A DNA stretch of 63,318 bases, counting the filler, from Asterionella formosa (lineage: Eukaryota), in NCBI GenBank assembly GCA_002256025.1. It is 12 parts of 12 records of this genome, joined end to end, with 100 filler letters (N's around TTAATTAATTAA, not from the genome) between each part and the next. Parts side by side here need not be neighbours in the genome. Positions count along the whole stretch, not along the records: positions 1 to 23,881 come from NKIB01002375.1; 11 more parts are not named here. One strand, written 5' to 3'. This document shows, one piece after another, positions 1-10,588 of the stretch. Under the pieces are notes generated by a model. The model ran no database searches and was not told the DNA's origin. It saw only the letters and a program-made list of their open reading frames with translations. The position numbers and the translations under genes are program-made. Position 1 is the stretch's first letter. Each line of letters opens with the position of its first letter.

Positions 1-363
1 TGTTGATGAGGTTTTAATCCTATTGGATAATCCTACTACCTTGGATAACCATGGACGAGGTCCTTATTCTATTTATTCAAGTATATGCCAATGGTACAGT
101 TACTTTTCAACAAACTATGCATACTACGGAACGAATTAATATCCATTACATCAAACCTTTTCAAAGGTAAAAGGTTTTCCCTTGGTGTGGGAGAGTGAGC
201 GATCTTGCGCATCAATACAGATGTATATAGGGTTAGTGTTATATCATATATGAATAAGAACTCAATAATGAGAGAACTCGACTAACCCTCATTGTATACT
301 TTGGTGTCGACTTGGAGAACGAGTTACACACAAGGATTAACAAATAAGCTCATATATTCAACA
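1..363 (+). mobile_element. Decayed 3' end of a Ty3/Gypsy LTR retrotransposon: integrase C-terminus, polypurine tract and short 3' LTR (about 196-363)
   Basis: Frameshifted translation VDEVLILLDNPTTLDNHGRGPYSI/IQVYANGTVTFQQTMHTTERINIHYIKPFQR* (GPY/F-type integrase tail, stop at 168-170), then PPT-like tggtgtgggagag followed by TG at 196 and a CA end at about 360-363. Confidence 0.65.
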
Positions 364-704
364 AATACTACTACTTCTAGTTAGATACTTCACCTGGTAC
401 CAGGTAACAGGTACTTCTTCACATTGTACCCTGGTACCTGGTAACCTATTGGTATGTGGTATGTGGTAGCTGGTACCTGAGGTATCAGGTAGTAACACAT
501 CAATACCACGTACATAGAAATGTTTTCTACTGGACAGCAGCACATCATGACATGATCATACTGAACGACTCCTTGGTGTAGAAATATACGGGCAGTGCAC
601 ACAACACTTTTGCTTGTTTGTTTGTCAACTGTTTTGATGGCTGTGGCAAACATCTATTTTCACACTACCGGTACCGGTATATTGATATGTACGCTGGATA
701 GTAA

Positions 705-3700
705 ATGTCAGGAGATCATAACAAAGTAAACACCATGACAACAACAAAGCCACGTCTCTACAAGGACCTCCGTCTTGCTTTGTGCACTCTCTACAGCAAC
801 AATATCAGCGATAATGGTCATCATCATCGTGAATCTCATGAGTTTCTGATGAACTTTCAGGGACGGAATGTTCGTCGGAAATTGCATTCCATTCAGCAAT
901 CATTGCGTGATGCTGCCAATAAGAAGGCTACTACTACTGCTTCTAGAAGTAATAATAGTAGTAGTGAAGGTGGTGGTGATGGTGATGATGATGAATGTCT
1001 AATTGATGATGATAATGATGATGGAGGATCAACGTGGTTGGCCTGTCTTGCTGTCTTGTTTTCTTGCACTGCTACTGCTTCCATATCATCATCATCATCT
1101 ACTTCTACTTCTTCATGCAGCACAAGTGAAATGATATTTTGCAGTCAAACCATGTTACATCGAATGAGAAGACTCAAATTAGTGGAAGCTATTGATGTGG
1201 AATTGGAACTATCCTCTATGCAAGAATATTGTCAATACATTTCCGTGACAATGCGCCGTCCCAAACTAGCCATACTATTACAGGGCATCCTTCAACAACA
1301 ACAACAACAACAACAACAACCCACAACTCTCAATGATGAAAATGAACACATCACCAAAGGACAATGCATGCTCATTACTATTGCATGGATTATGCTAGAA
1401 CAACAACAACAAGCACAACAACATATTGATGATCATGCCTTGCAAACAACATTGGCAGCAACAATGGCCGTCATTGCCCTTCGATTACGATTTACACCAA
1501 AATCATTAGCACAACAGAGTTCCGTCATGTTGGAACCAACCATGTGTGATATGATAGTAGGGTCTATACATCATGTGATACAACATCAAATGGACGATAC
1601 TATTGGTACGAATAATAGTATCATTTCGTCTATGATGATTGTCGTATTGGGGGCTGTTCCAGATACTATTTTAGGTATTCCTGGTGGGGCACGTGGAAGA
1701 TTAAGTGTTGATCCAAGATGTATCCACGCGGCAAAGGAAGAATTGATTCAAACAGGAATTTCTCATTTATATAAGGTGCTACTATTGCAAAATTTACCAT
1801 CAAATCAGCAACAACATCAGCATTCATTGACAACAAACAACAACAACATCCACAAAAACAACCATGTTCACACTATAATATTAAGAGCATGTGAACAATG
1901 GGCAAAATATTTACCACTACCAGTGGAGTTTATTCGTCATACAGTGCCATTGGCCAAGGAATACTTACTGTCAAATACGTTGGTATCCTCATTGTCACAA
2001 CAAAGAGCAGCAGCATTGGCATATGTCATTGCCATTTATGAAAGTGGTTCTTGGACTGTGGAACGGATTTTGGCGCTTTCGTTGGGGTTGACGTCGTCCG
2101 ACCAACTTCCCCAACAAGCTAAGAAAAAACAATCCAGCAAATCGAAGAAACGGCATAAGGAACGATTAGAAGATGGAACGACAGATACATTACACCAAAA
2201 GGCACTTGACGAATGTCGACATCGAGGAGACATGTGCATCGAAACCACATACATTATCTGGGACGCTTTGGAGGGTGTTGTTACAACATCATTACAAGAA
2301 CACGATGCCGAAGGAGAAGGACCGGTGGTATGTTTGACCGCATGTGCCAATACGTGCCTGCCACATTGGATCAAATATTGTGGCAGTGGTAGTAGACCAA
2401 ATGATATGTCATGGATGCTTTTGATTATGAATACCTTTCAATCAGTCTGCTCTCACCCTAATCGAAATGTCCGTGGATTAACCTATGAACCTCTCATGAC
2501 ACTGCACCAGGCACTGCTCGAGACGAGTAGTAACGACGGGAAAAACATGCTGACCGAGATGGAATCATTTGTGGCGGATCATTTTTATAAATGCTGTCTG
2601 CGTCTGGCAACGGGATGTGGCTATCCGACCGATTATTTTCAGTCGCTAACACTTGATAATGATGATGAGTTGGAGAACGAACGAGACGATGTAAGAAGCG
2701 TTCTTCGGGCGTTGAGTGGATCGGGGGAAGATACCTATGCCAAACCTCCTCTAGCTACTACGCAAATTCTCCATCAGCTTATGCGTGCTTGTTCAGATGA
2801 AATATCCAAGCACAGTGCTGGACTACCCCCAGAAACTGTCGTACACGCCCTCTCAGCGTTGGCAAAGCCTTTCAATCATCTCGCGGAAGCTTACGTAAGA
2901 AATGAGGCTCCGCCGACTGCACCTGAGACATTGGCCACGGCACTAACGGCATTGCGCTTTGCAGCAGATAGAATGAATAGTCAGTTCGCAAGCCTTTCTG
3001 TGGCCGAGAGCATTGCAGTGAGTCGCCTCATTGCCTTGGCAACATCGTCATACGCACCAGGATTTTCATTGATTTATCAAAAAGGATCGATCATGCCTGA
3101 TGCAACGGAAACGGATAGAGAATTATTTGCACTTTTGGAGGGCACACTCAGGTCCACGATGAAGACTGCTTTTCTTTCTGTTGTTCATGTTCCCGAGCTC
3201 GTAGCCGAGTCGACTTTACATCAGACTCAATTTGATATTCGTGGTGCAATGAGAGGGCTAGGAGGGGAAGATCATGTGGGGATTCTTGTGTTCATGCGCC
3301 TTACAGACGAAAGCGACGATATGGCCAAACTTATCACTCGAATCGGTTGTGATGAACAATCTTCTATGCTAATTGATCTCTGTAAGCTACATGACCAGTT
3401 GAAGGAAAAAGAAAACCAAAGGAACCCTGGAATCTTTCATGGTTTAGGTGTGACCCCCAAGTCACGAAGGATTCTACTTTCAACAATTGCAAAACTGGTA
3501 AGGTTGTCTGATAGCCATGATCGGGATCATGCCCAGCACATGTTACACAGTCTCTTGTTAACTGCAGTCTCTGAAATAGTTGGAACAAAATCAAGGCTAA
3601 ATTCGCCGGATACACTAACCATGTATAAGTTGGCAGAAGCTACTTTTGACTTGGCAGCATTTGGGGCTGAAACTATTTCAAGTCTTTTCGCTCCCCTTCG

Positions 3701-4907
3701 TGGCGAAGCTGACGACCAGACCCGGCGAGACTGCATCCATGTTCTGGTCGAGATGGGATCATATGGGTATAAAGTCAAAGTGACGACTGTTAATCAGGAG
3801 ACCAGTGACATGCTCATCCAGTGGGGACGGTGTAGAGCCGCATTGTCTTGCTTGATGAAAACAATGGCACTCCCAGACTTATCTCCCCTTGGCAGTGAAG
3901 TGGTGACTGCTTGGATCACTGCAGAATGTGAAGCAATTAGTACACAGAGCAATGCAGGCCCTTCAATGTCGACTTGTGTCTTTGTGGAGGGCATCATATG
4001 TGAAGATATGCTTCAGGCTGGAGCATTTGTAAAGAATTTGGGTAATATTTTGGATAGATCTCATGATAGCAGCAGTAGCCCAATTTCACCGGTTCAGCTT
4101 CCGAATGTTGTCCACGTTTTGCAGCAAATTTGCAGTCCAGTCCTCTGCACTCTGCTCCACGAGTGTCCCGAATGGTCCCATGCTAATGCCATCGACCCTC
4201 GAAATTGTCTCTGTGAAGCGTGGTTCTTGACGATGGATGCACTAGTTTCAATTCTGCCTCGACTTGACCCTTCGTTGCACGGAGTCGTTGGTCAACTCTT
4301 GGCAGATACGTGCAGTGCATCCACTTTGCTAATGTTATATCCCAACCTAAACGAACATCAGAATAACCCCGGCATGTCCATGGATGGCTATCACACGCTG
4401 GTCATGTTGGACGTCTTGAAGGCTTGCTATTCTCTTGGAATCGACATGCTTCACATTGTTGCAATTCAAGTTGCAAATCAAATAGTGGTTGAGCATGACG
4501 ATGAACTATCTACGACATTGAATGGCATTGGCATTGGCATTATAGGAGCCTCACTATTCCGTGCCACCTCCGGTGGGCTTCCCCCTTGGGCAGTGGACCA
4601 TATTCCTCAAGCATTTGAGGGATTATTTGTGGCCCACAAGTGCAACATTGCTGCATTTTCAATATTTTTGCAAACCAGCATGGCTGTTCGTCGTGCTACA
4701 TCTCGTGAGTTACTTGCTGGTCGATTCATTGATGCCATGTCTGTGTCTGTCAAGTCAATGTTTATTGAGTCGTCATTGGAAGAAATCTCAACTGGAAACT
4801 GGAGGCGCTTCAAAGTCATTTTAAAAAAGGCTTGTGGTGGTAAAAAGAAGTTGTCTGGGTTCAATTTGAAGCCCTCGCCGACCAATTGGGAATGTGACCG
4901 GGTGTAG
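705..4907 (+). CDS. Importin-beta family HEAT-repeat protein (transportin-3/importin-13-like)
   Basis: Uninterrupted 1400-aa ORF with helical Leu/Ala-rich composition; N-terminal 'HEFLMNFQ...IFCSQTM', 'CEQWAKY' and 'ELENERDDVRSVLR' resemble the TNPO3/IPO13 pattern; poly-Q/S/D inserts in the N-terminal third. Confidence 0.6.
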   Translation: MSGDHNKVNTMTTTKPRLYKDLRLALCTLYSNNISDNGHHHRESHEFLMNFQGRNVRRKLHSIQQSLRDAANKKATTTASRSNNSSSEGGGDGDDDECLIDDDNDDGGSTWLACLAVLFSCTATASISSSSSTSTSSCSTSEMIFCSQTMLHRMRRLKLVEAIDVELELSSMQEYCQYISVTMRRPKLAILLQGILQQQQQQQQQPTTLNDENEHITKGQCMLITIAWIMLEQQQQAQQHIDDHALQTTLAATMAVIALRLRFTPKSLAQQSSVMLEPTMCDMIVGSIHHVIQHQMDDTIGTNNSIISSMMIVVLGAVPDTILGIPGGARGRLSVDPRCIHAAKEELIQTGISHLYKVLLLQNLPSNQQQHQHSLTTNNNNIHKNNHVHTIILRACEQWAKYLPLPVEFIRHTVPLAKEYLLSNTLVSSLSQQRAAALAYVIAIYESGSWTVERILALSLGLTSSDQLPQQAKKKQSSKSKKRHKERLEDGTTDTLHQKALDECRHRGDMCIETTYIIWDALEGVVTTSLQEHDAEGEGPVVCLTACANTCLPHWIKYCGSGSRPNDMSWMLLIMNTFQSVCSHPNRNVRGLTYEPLMTLHQALLETSSNDGKNMLTEMESFVADHFYKCCLRLATGCGYPTDYFQSLTLDNDDELENERDDVRSVLRALSGSGEDTYAKPPLATTQILHQLMRACSDEISKHSAGLPPETVVHALSALAKPFNHLAEAYVRNEAPPTAPETLATALTALRFAADRMNSQFASLSVAESIAVSRLIALATSSYAPGFSLIYQKGSIMPDATETDRELFALLEGTLRSTMKTAFLSVVHVPELVAESTLHQTQFDIRGAMRGLGGEDHVGILVFMRLTDESDDMAKLITRIGCDEQSSMLIDLCKLHDQLKEKENQRNPGIFHGLGVTPKSRRILLSTIAKLVRLSDSHDRDHAQHMLHSLLLTAVSEIVGTKSRLNSPDTLTMYKLAEATFDLAAFGAETISSLFAPLRGEADDQTRRDCIHVLVEMGSYGYKVKVTTVNQETSDMLIQWGRCRAALSCLMKTMALPDLSPLGSEVVTAWITAECEAISTQSNAGPSMSTCVFVEGIICEDMLQAGAFVKNLGNILDRSHDSSSSPISPVQLPNVVHVLQQICSPVLCTLLHECPEWSHANAIDPRNCLCEAWFLTMDALVSILPRLDPSLHGVVGQLLADTCSASTLLMLYPNLNEHQNNPGMSMDGYHTLVMLDVLKACYSLGIDMLHIVAIQVANQIVVEHDDELSTTLNGIGIGIIGASLFRATSGGLPPWAVDHIPQAFEGLFVAHKCNIAAFSIFLQTSMAVRRATSRELLAGRFIDAMSVSVKSMFIESSLEEISTGNWRRFKVILKKACGGKKKLSGFNLKPSPTNWECDRV

Positions 4908-5359
4908 TGAGTGGTACCCTGTTACCTGGTAGTCTACTAACATACGATATCGCTCTCGCACATTTTGCTGTCCATCATGTCTACCGGTAGGCTGTGGATT
5001 GATATTACATACGTACGATGATTCTGCCGGTGCCTGTACGTCGTTGCTTTTTATACCGGTAGTACGACAGGTACCGGTACATTGATTTGTTCTCCGAGTA
5101 AGTAGAATTGACTTGTCATTACCAGGTATGTAGTCATTACAGTCGTATGGATCGAGCATCCTCAATGATGCTTCAGCCCCCCCTGTGGAAGTGGAGGACA
5201 GATCATGACGATGCTGCGGCTGCGTTTTTGTTTCCTCGTCGATTTTGGTACCTGATACTTACTCTCACCGTGAATCCATCAAAAAAGCATAACTGCTCGT
5301 TCCTCCGACGGTCCCATTCGCACACACACATACACCCATAGATACATTCATTGATCACC

Positions 5360-6056
5360 ATGGTATTTTACGAATGTGTCATGACGACAAAGAACAATAC
5401 TTGTAAGTTCTTGAACGAGTTGGATATCTGATTTTTATTCAGATGTATCTGATTTATTCGGTGCCTTCGCTGTTGCTGGACTGCCTACCAGTAAATATGA
5501 TTGCAGTTACCGTATCGTATACTTTCTCATTCTGTTGCTCTCGTTTTTTGTGTTTGACATTTATACGATACTTTTATTATATATGATATACTTAATGTTA
5601 CACCATGGACTTTGTGTGAAACACACAACTCAACACACAGCCTTTGCCACATTGACATTTCTCATGAAAGAAATCAGCCTCAAGGTAGTTACCAACGATG
5701 GTGTCGTTCGTGGCATTCACAATCATGGGATTCGTGAATTGCCACATCGATTCAAGGCCAAGTACCCTGATGCCCGTGGACAGCGGTATTTTGAAAAAGG
5801 TCGCTTCATTTCCATCTATTATGACAGTTCGCCCAAAGTCATGAGACAAGTCGAAGGTATTTTGAATTTGAGTGACCAAGTTTTGAGAAACACGCACTTG
5901 AGAGCAAGGAATAAAATGGACTTTGTCAATGTAGAACAAGAAAAGAAGAATCCATACATTATGGAGCTGAAGCGAACAGCGTATCTGAAGCTGTGGACAC
6001 AGAATGAGCAAGAAAAGGCCCGTAATCGGGGACCTGAAGAGGAGGTTTGGAACTAA
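5360..6056 (+). CDS. MRPS6: Mitochondrial ribosomal protein bS6m; exons 5360-5402 and 5641-6056
   Basis: Spliced product MVFYECVMTTKNNTS-FATL...GVVRGIHNHGIRELPHRFK...GRFISIYYDSSP...QVLRNTHLR matches the S6 pattern; in-frame GTAAGT..CAG intron 5403-5640. Confidence 0.85.
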
Positions 6057-6616
6057 AGCTGAACAAGATTTCTACAACTTTAAGTTGTGGTGACTGAATT
6101 TAGTGTTGCTTTGGGATTCCCAGCACTATTTGTTCCATACCTATACATCTAAATTAGAGATAGTCTCACAACATCAATTTATATATGTAGTTGACTGTTG
6201 CAATGCTGTTGATATCATTACTGTGGTGGATGGATTTACCTAGATCACACATCGTCTATATGATAGATACCGGTAGGGAGTACCAGGTATAAGGTGCTGC
6301 TTGGAATCGACTTGCCAAACTATTTTATGTATCGATATTCTCAACCACACATCATGTGATCCTCTCGTTCGTTCTGCCTTCTGGCTACCGGGTATATAAA
6401 AATAAAAAAATTCATATTTATATATATATATTCATATTAGATATCATAACATATCATCCTAATCCTAATCCTCCTCCTCCCCTCCGCCTCTGCCTCCACC
6501 AGAATTCATATCGACACCATTACATCTAAAATACGAATAGGAGTGACAAACAACAAAACAAAAGCCACAAACCAAACCCACTCCTTTACTTACAGCTAGA
6601 CTGCTTACTACTCTGC

Positions 6617-8332
6617 ATGTATTCTGCCACCTTTGGAGGTCGAGCTGGTCGATCCAAGAAATCAGGACCAAAATCTAAAAAAGTCAAATGTGTCGTTTGT
6701 GGTGCCAAGGGTCATGCAGAGTCAGCGTGTCCCAAGAAGCCTGACAGCACTACTGCTAGTACTGGTACTAGCACCACTACAAACTACAACAAACCATCCT
6801 CTGTGGGTGGAGCTGGGAGTGGAATCACTCACAAGACATCACGAAAGGCCAACAGTAGTACGAATAATAAGAAATCTGACGATACTGTTGCAATTGACGT
6901 TATTCCTCCCAATAATATCATTTCAGTCATGGACAACAACAACAACAATAACAACAATCCATATATTGTCTTTGATGCTGGATGTAATGTTGGAGCATCC
7001 ATCGATCAGTTGGCAATGTTATTAAAGGCACCAGAGAAAAAATGTATTGCCACATACAAGGCTGCAATTTCCTTGTCATCCATAACAGCACCAAGATCCG
7101 TTCCATATTATTATGCTGGATCTATTTGTCGACACTATATCAAGGCTACTACTACAACCAATACTACTACTGCTGCTACTGCTACTACCAAACCATGGAG
7201 TATGAACACACCAAGAGTTGTCATGATGATGGATGCAGATCCTCACGTATACTTTGTTGTTGGTTTGGGAGCAGGTTTTTTGCAACGAAATGATGATAGT
7301 AATGGTCATGACTATGATAGTGATAGCAGTGATGACGATGACAATAATGACGACGATAATAGTAGTAACGACAAAGACAATGACAACGAAAATGACATTG
7401 ACAACGATAATGACGAATGCAACAATGCCAAGGAAACGTTGATTTATATTCTACATCACCACCCAGATCGGATCGTGGGATTTTGTGCCAAATTAGATTC
7501 AACTAGAATGGATGGTACCAACATGACAACACAACTGTTACGCCTAAAGGTGACATGTGCAGCTGCAATTCAAGCTGGGGTACCAATTCAAATTGAGATT
7601 GTGGCGAACAACAACAACAACAATAGTACTACTACTACTTCCAACGAACATGACAACAATTACAATTACAATCAACTCATCAAGGAACTTGCCAAGATAC
7701 TATTGCAAATGTCACCAACACTTGAAAACGACACACTCAAAGTGCACTTGGCATGTTGGAGCGGATCATCTGACACGTTATTGAAATTGCTTCAAGCGTT
7801 TCCAAATAATTTGTATATTGGGATGAACGCAACTGTTGGATTTTCCAAGGCGACAGTAGCACACGAATGTGCCTTTGATGTACCACTCAATCGACTCTTG
7901 TTGGAAACAGACAATGTTATTCCAGCTCCAGTCACAAAGGCCATGGGACGGAAAGCATTTTCACATTGTGGACTTGTTTCCTATTGTGCCGCAGCTGTGG
8001 CAGAACAGAAAAAAATAAGTGTCCGAGATGTAGCAAAGGCTGCATCGGAAAATACAGTCCGTTTGTATGGAACTGTCATTGCAGAGCGAGCTAAGGAAGC
8101 ACTGGCCGAAGCAGAAGCAAAACTGGCTTCGGAGGATCCACAAGAAGAAACTGTTGTCGAGAATACTGAAGAACGAGAGCAGCAGATGGAAACGAATAAG
8201 CAGGTCCAAAAGAAGAAAAAGACGAAAACGAAAAAAGGAGGAGCCGATCAAGGAGTCAAAAAATGCGAGAATACAGAGGGCGATTTCGACGATGGAATTT
8301 TAGAATCCATGCTTAGGGACTCGTCACTGTAA
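6617..8332 (+). CDS. CCHC zinc knuckle plus TatD-like TIM-barrel protein with degenerate metal ligands
   Basis: CVVCGAKGHAESAC (CX2CX4HX4C); TatD C-terminal motifs NLYIG, VPLNRLLLETD and 'VAKAASENTVRLYG'. Confidence 0.75.
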   Translation: MYSATFGGRAGRSKKSGPKSKKVKCVVCGAKGHAESACPKKPDSTTASTGTSTTTNYNKPSSVGGAGSGITHKTSRKANSSTNNKKSDDTVAIDVIPPNNIISVMDNNNNNNNNPYIVFDAGCNVGASIDQLAMLLKAPEKKCIATYKAAISLSSITAPRSVPYYYAGSICRHYIKATTTTNTTTAATATTKPWSMNTPRVVMMMDADPHVYFVVGLGAGFLQRNDDSNGHDYDSDSSDDDDNNDDDNSSNDKDNDNENDIDNDNDECNNAKETLIYILHHHPDRIVGFCAKLDSTRMDGTNMTTQLLRLKVTCAAAIQAGVPIQIEIVANNNNNNSTTTTSNEHDNNYNYNQLIKELAKILLQMSPTLENDTLKVHLACWSGSSDTLLKLLQAFPNNLYIGMNATVGFSKATVAHECAFDVPLNRLLLETDNVIPAPVTKAMGRKAFSHCGLVSYCAAAVAEQKKISVRDVAKAASENTVRLYGTVIAERAKEALAEAEAKLASEDPQEETVVENTEEREQQMETNKQVQKKKKTKTKKGGADQGVKKCENTEGDFDDGILESMLRDSSL

Positions 8333-8723
8333 AGTTTTAGGTGCATGTAGTATTACGAGCAGTACTAAAAAACAGGGACGTGCGTCTGTACCTTTGGCTT
8401 TTTGATTATTTGCTGTACATATCGAATCTGACTGCTTCATTTCCACAAATAGGCAATCTACATTTCTATCCAAAAAATAATGTGAAGCTACATTGTGAAT
8501 GGCTCTATTATACCTGTAGAACTACAAACAAATTCAATGCCACCATTTTTCTATTTGTTAGACTTGACATTGCTTGCAACACAATCGTTGGTTTGATGGA
8601 ATCATGTGTCGAACATGGTATTTGATATTCATTAAAATAATTGAGTCGCTTGAGAAAGCTAGCCAGCCAGCCAGCCAGCCATCGCGAACCTTTTGATGAA
8701 CAGTGATGATATACAAGGAATCC

Positions 8724-9698
8724 TTAATTTTTTGTATTTTCACTTGACATTGTGTCATCTGGAAAATCAAACGTCACATCCTTGTCCCAGGATGATGTTG
8801 ATTCCTCATTGTTGAAGCTCAGTGTCTCGTCATTCTGTTGTCCTACTACTTGTCCAAAATTTTCCATCATGACTGGATAGTTCACTGGTACACCACCAAT
8901 GGGTATGACAACATCATCGTCTTCTCCCAAGCCTTGTTGCTGCTTGAGATTTCGTTCCATGGCCTGTCGCTTACTGCAATTCATGGCAAAATTGTGAGCT
9001 TCCACAAGGTACATATTTTCAACCTTGTTCCAATCATAAACCTGCTGTTGAGAATTGTAGGGTATTGACGATGATGAGTATCTTCCTTGAATGTAATCTT
9101 GTACAACACCACAAAATTCATCCGCTAAAATAGATTTTCCAGAAATTAATGGAATTTGACTCAATTGGTGAATCATATCACGTCGATCTGCTAAATAAAT
9201 GGCAGCATAGGTTCCAGCAAGGATTGAAAAGGAAAGGTCTAATGCTAGTCGACTACTAGCACTGGCAGATGATGATGCATCTTGATGTGGCTGCCTTGTT
9301 GTTGATGTGAAGGGATTATTCTTTGGAATAGAACTAGAACTAAAACTGGTTCCAGTTCTAGTACTAAATCTTGTCAAGATTCTTGGCATGACCATTCGCA
9401 TCATGAGAAAGCTACCAGTAAAGGCAATGGCGCCTTCATATAGCCCAAATCGACTGAGCGAGGTCAGTACGATTATTTCTTGTCGATACTTCAAATCGTC
9501 TAATTTTGATTTCTGTTCCTTGAGTTTTGGAAGAACGACGGAATGCCAATGAACTTTCAGGGCTGATCGAAGGGCTTCCACCAACCGAGCCTCTTCTTTG
9601 CGTTTGTTTGCTGGTAAGGGTGGTTGATTGGTGCTGCTGCCGCTGCCGCTGCCACTGCTGCTGCTGCTGCTGCTGCTGCTGGTGTTTGACACCACCAT
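8724..9698 (-). CDS. Hypothetical protein with about two hydrophobic segments
   Basis: 324-aa ORF with ATG; hydrophobic stretches GAIAFTGSFLMM and LALDLSFSILAGTYAAIYL; no family recognised. Confidence 0.65.
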   Translation of the reverse strand: MVVSNTSSSSSSSSSGSGSGSSTNQPPLPANKRKEEARLVEALRSALKVHWHSVVLPKLKEQKSKLDDLKYRQEIIVLTSLSRFGLYEGAIAFTGSFLMMRMVMPRILTRFSTRTGTSFSSSSIPKNNPFTSTTRQPHQDASSSASASSRLALDLSFSILAGTYAAIYLADRRDMIHQLSQIPLISGKSILADEFCGVVQDYIQGRYSSSSIPYNSQQQVYDWNKVENMYLVEAHNFAMNCSKRQAMERNLKQQQGLGEDDDVVIPIGGVPVNYPVMMENFGQVVGQQNDETLSFNNEESTSSWDKDVTFDFPDDTMSSENTKN

Positions 9699-10588
9699 GA
9701 TTGAAGATTTTGATAGGACAATGATTGATGCTACATACCACCGGTACTTTATGAGACCTATGTATAATTTTGCTTCTGCATTTTACGTGTCAGCAACACA
9801 GTGCCAGGTAAATGGTATGTAGGAGTACCGGTACCATGTACCCGTAATGGAGTCTACGTACATAATGAGTACTGTATACTTGCGTTATGATACCTCGTAC
9901 CTCCGATGCGCGCATAGGTACCGATATATATATATACCATACTACCGGTACCGGTATGTATACAGTGGTGTGAAGTGTGAAGGAGGAGCGACGCAACACA
10001 GCCAGCCAGAGTGGTTATCAGAATTCAAATGTTTGAAGATCTTCGTGGTACATACCGGTAGCGGTTCATGATGTGACGGCTCGTCGTCATCACCGACATG
10101 ACTACGTAGGTATCATGATCAGCCATATTCTCATCAAATGTGGTATACCAGTACCAGTATTAATCGTGACGAACCCAATCGCACAAGCCAATCATAATTG
10201 ATCACACTCATGATTGATGACGACACAAATGACGTGGCAGCTCAGGAAGCATCATCATTGCGTCACCATGGGTTCTTTTGTGCATACGTAGACACAAGTA
10301 CATGCATTGTATATTATCTCGTACTAGTACTACCGGTAGTATTACAAGCAATCAAATCATCACACGACTCTGCCATCATCACCATTCTGTATCTTTTTAG
10401 AATGCGTAGCTTTATGTCTATATTATAGCAAATCACCCCTACATACCACGTTTATCACATTCTTCGTCGATTGATTGCAAAAAAGAGAAGAATATACCAT
10501 CACACCACCATACATAGTATATTATGAAATCAAACCCACAACAACAACGACAACAACACTACCGGTAGGCGAAGCAAGAACAGCAATC

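Noticed and set aside
7042..7784. Many short overlapping or antisense ORFs in the track (also 9307-9822 and 11179-11944)
   Set aside because: Shadow frames of trinucleotide low-complexity coding sequence
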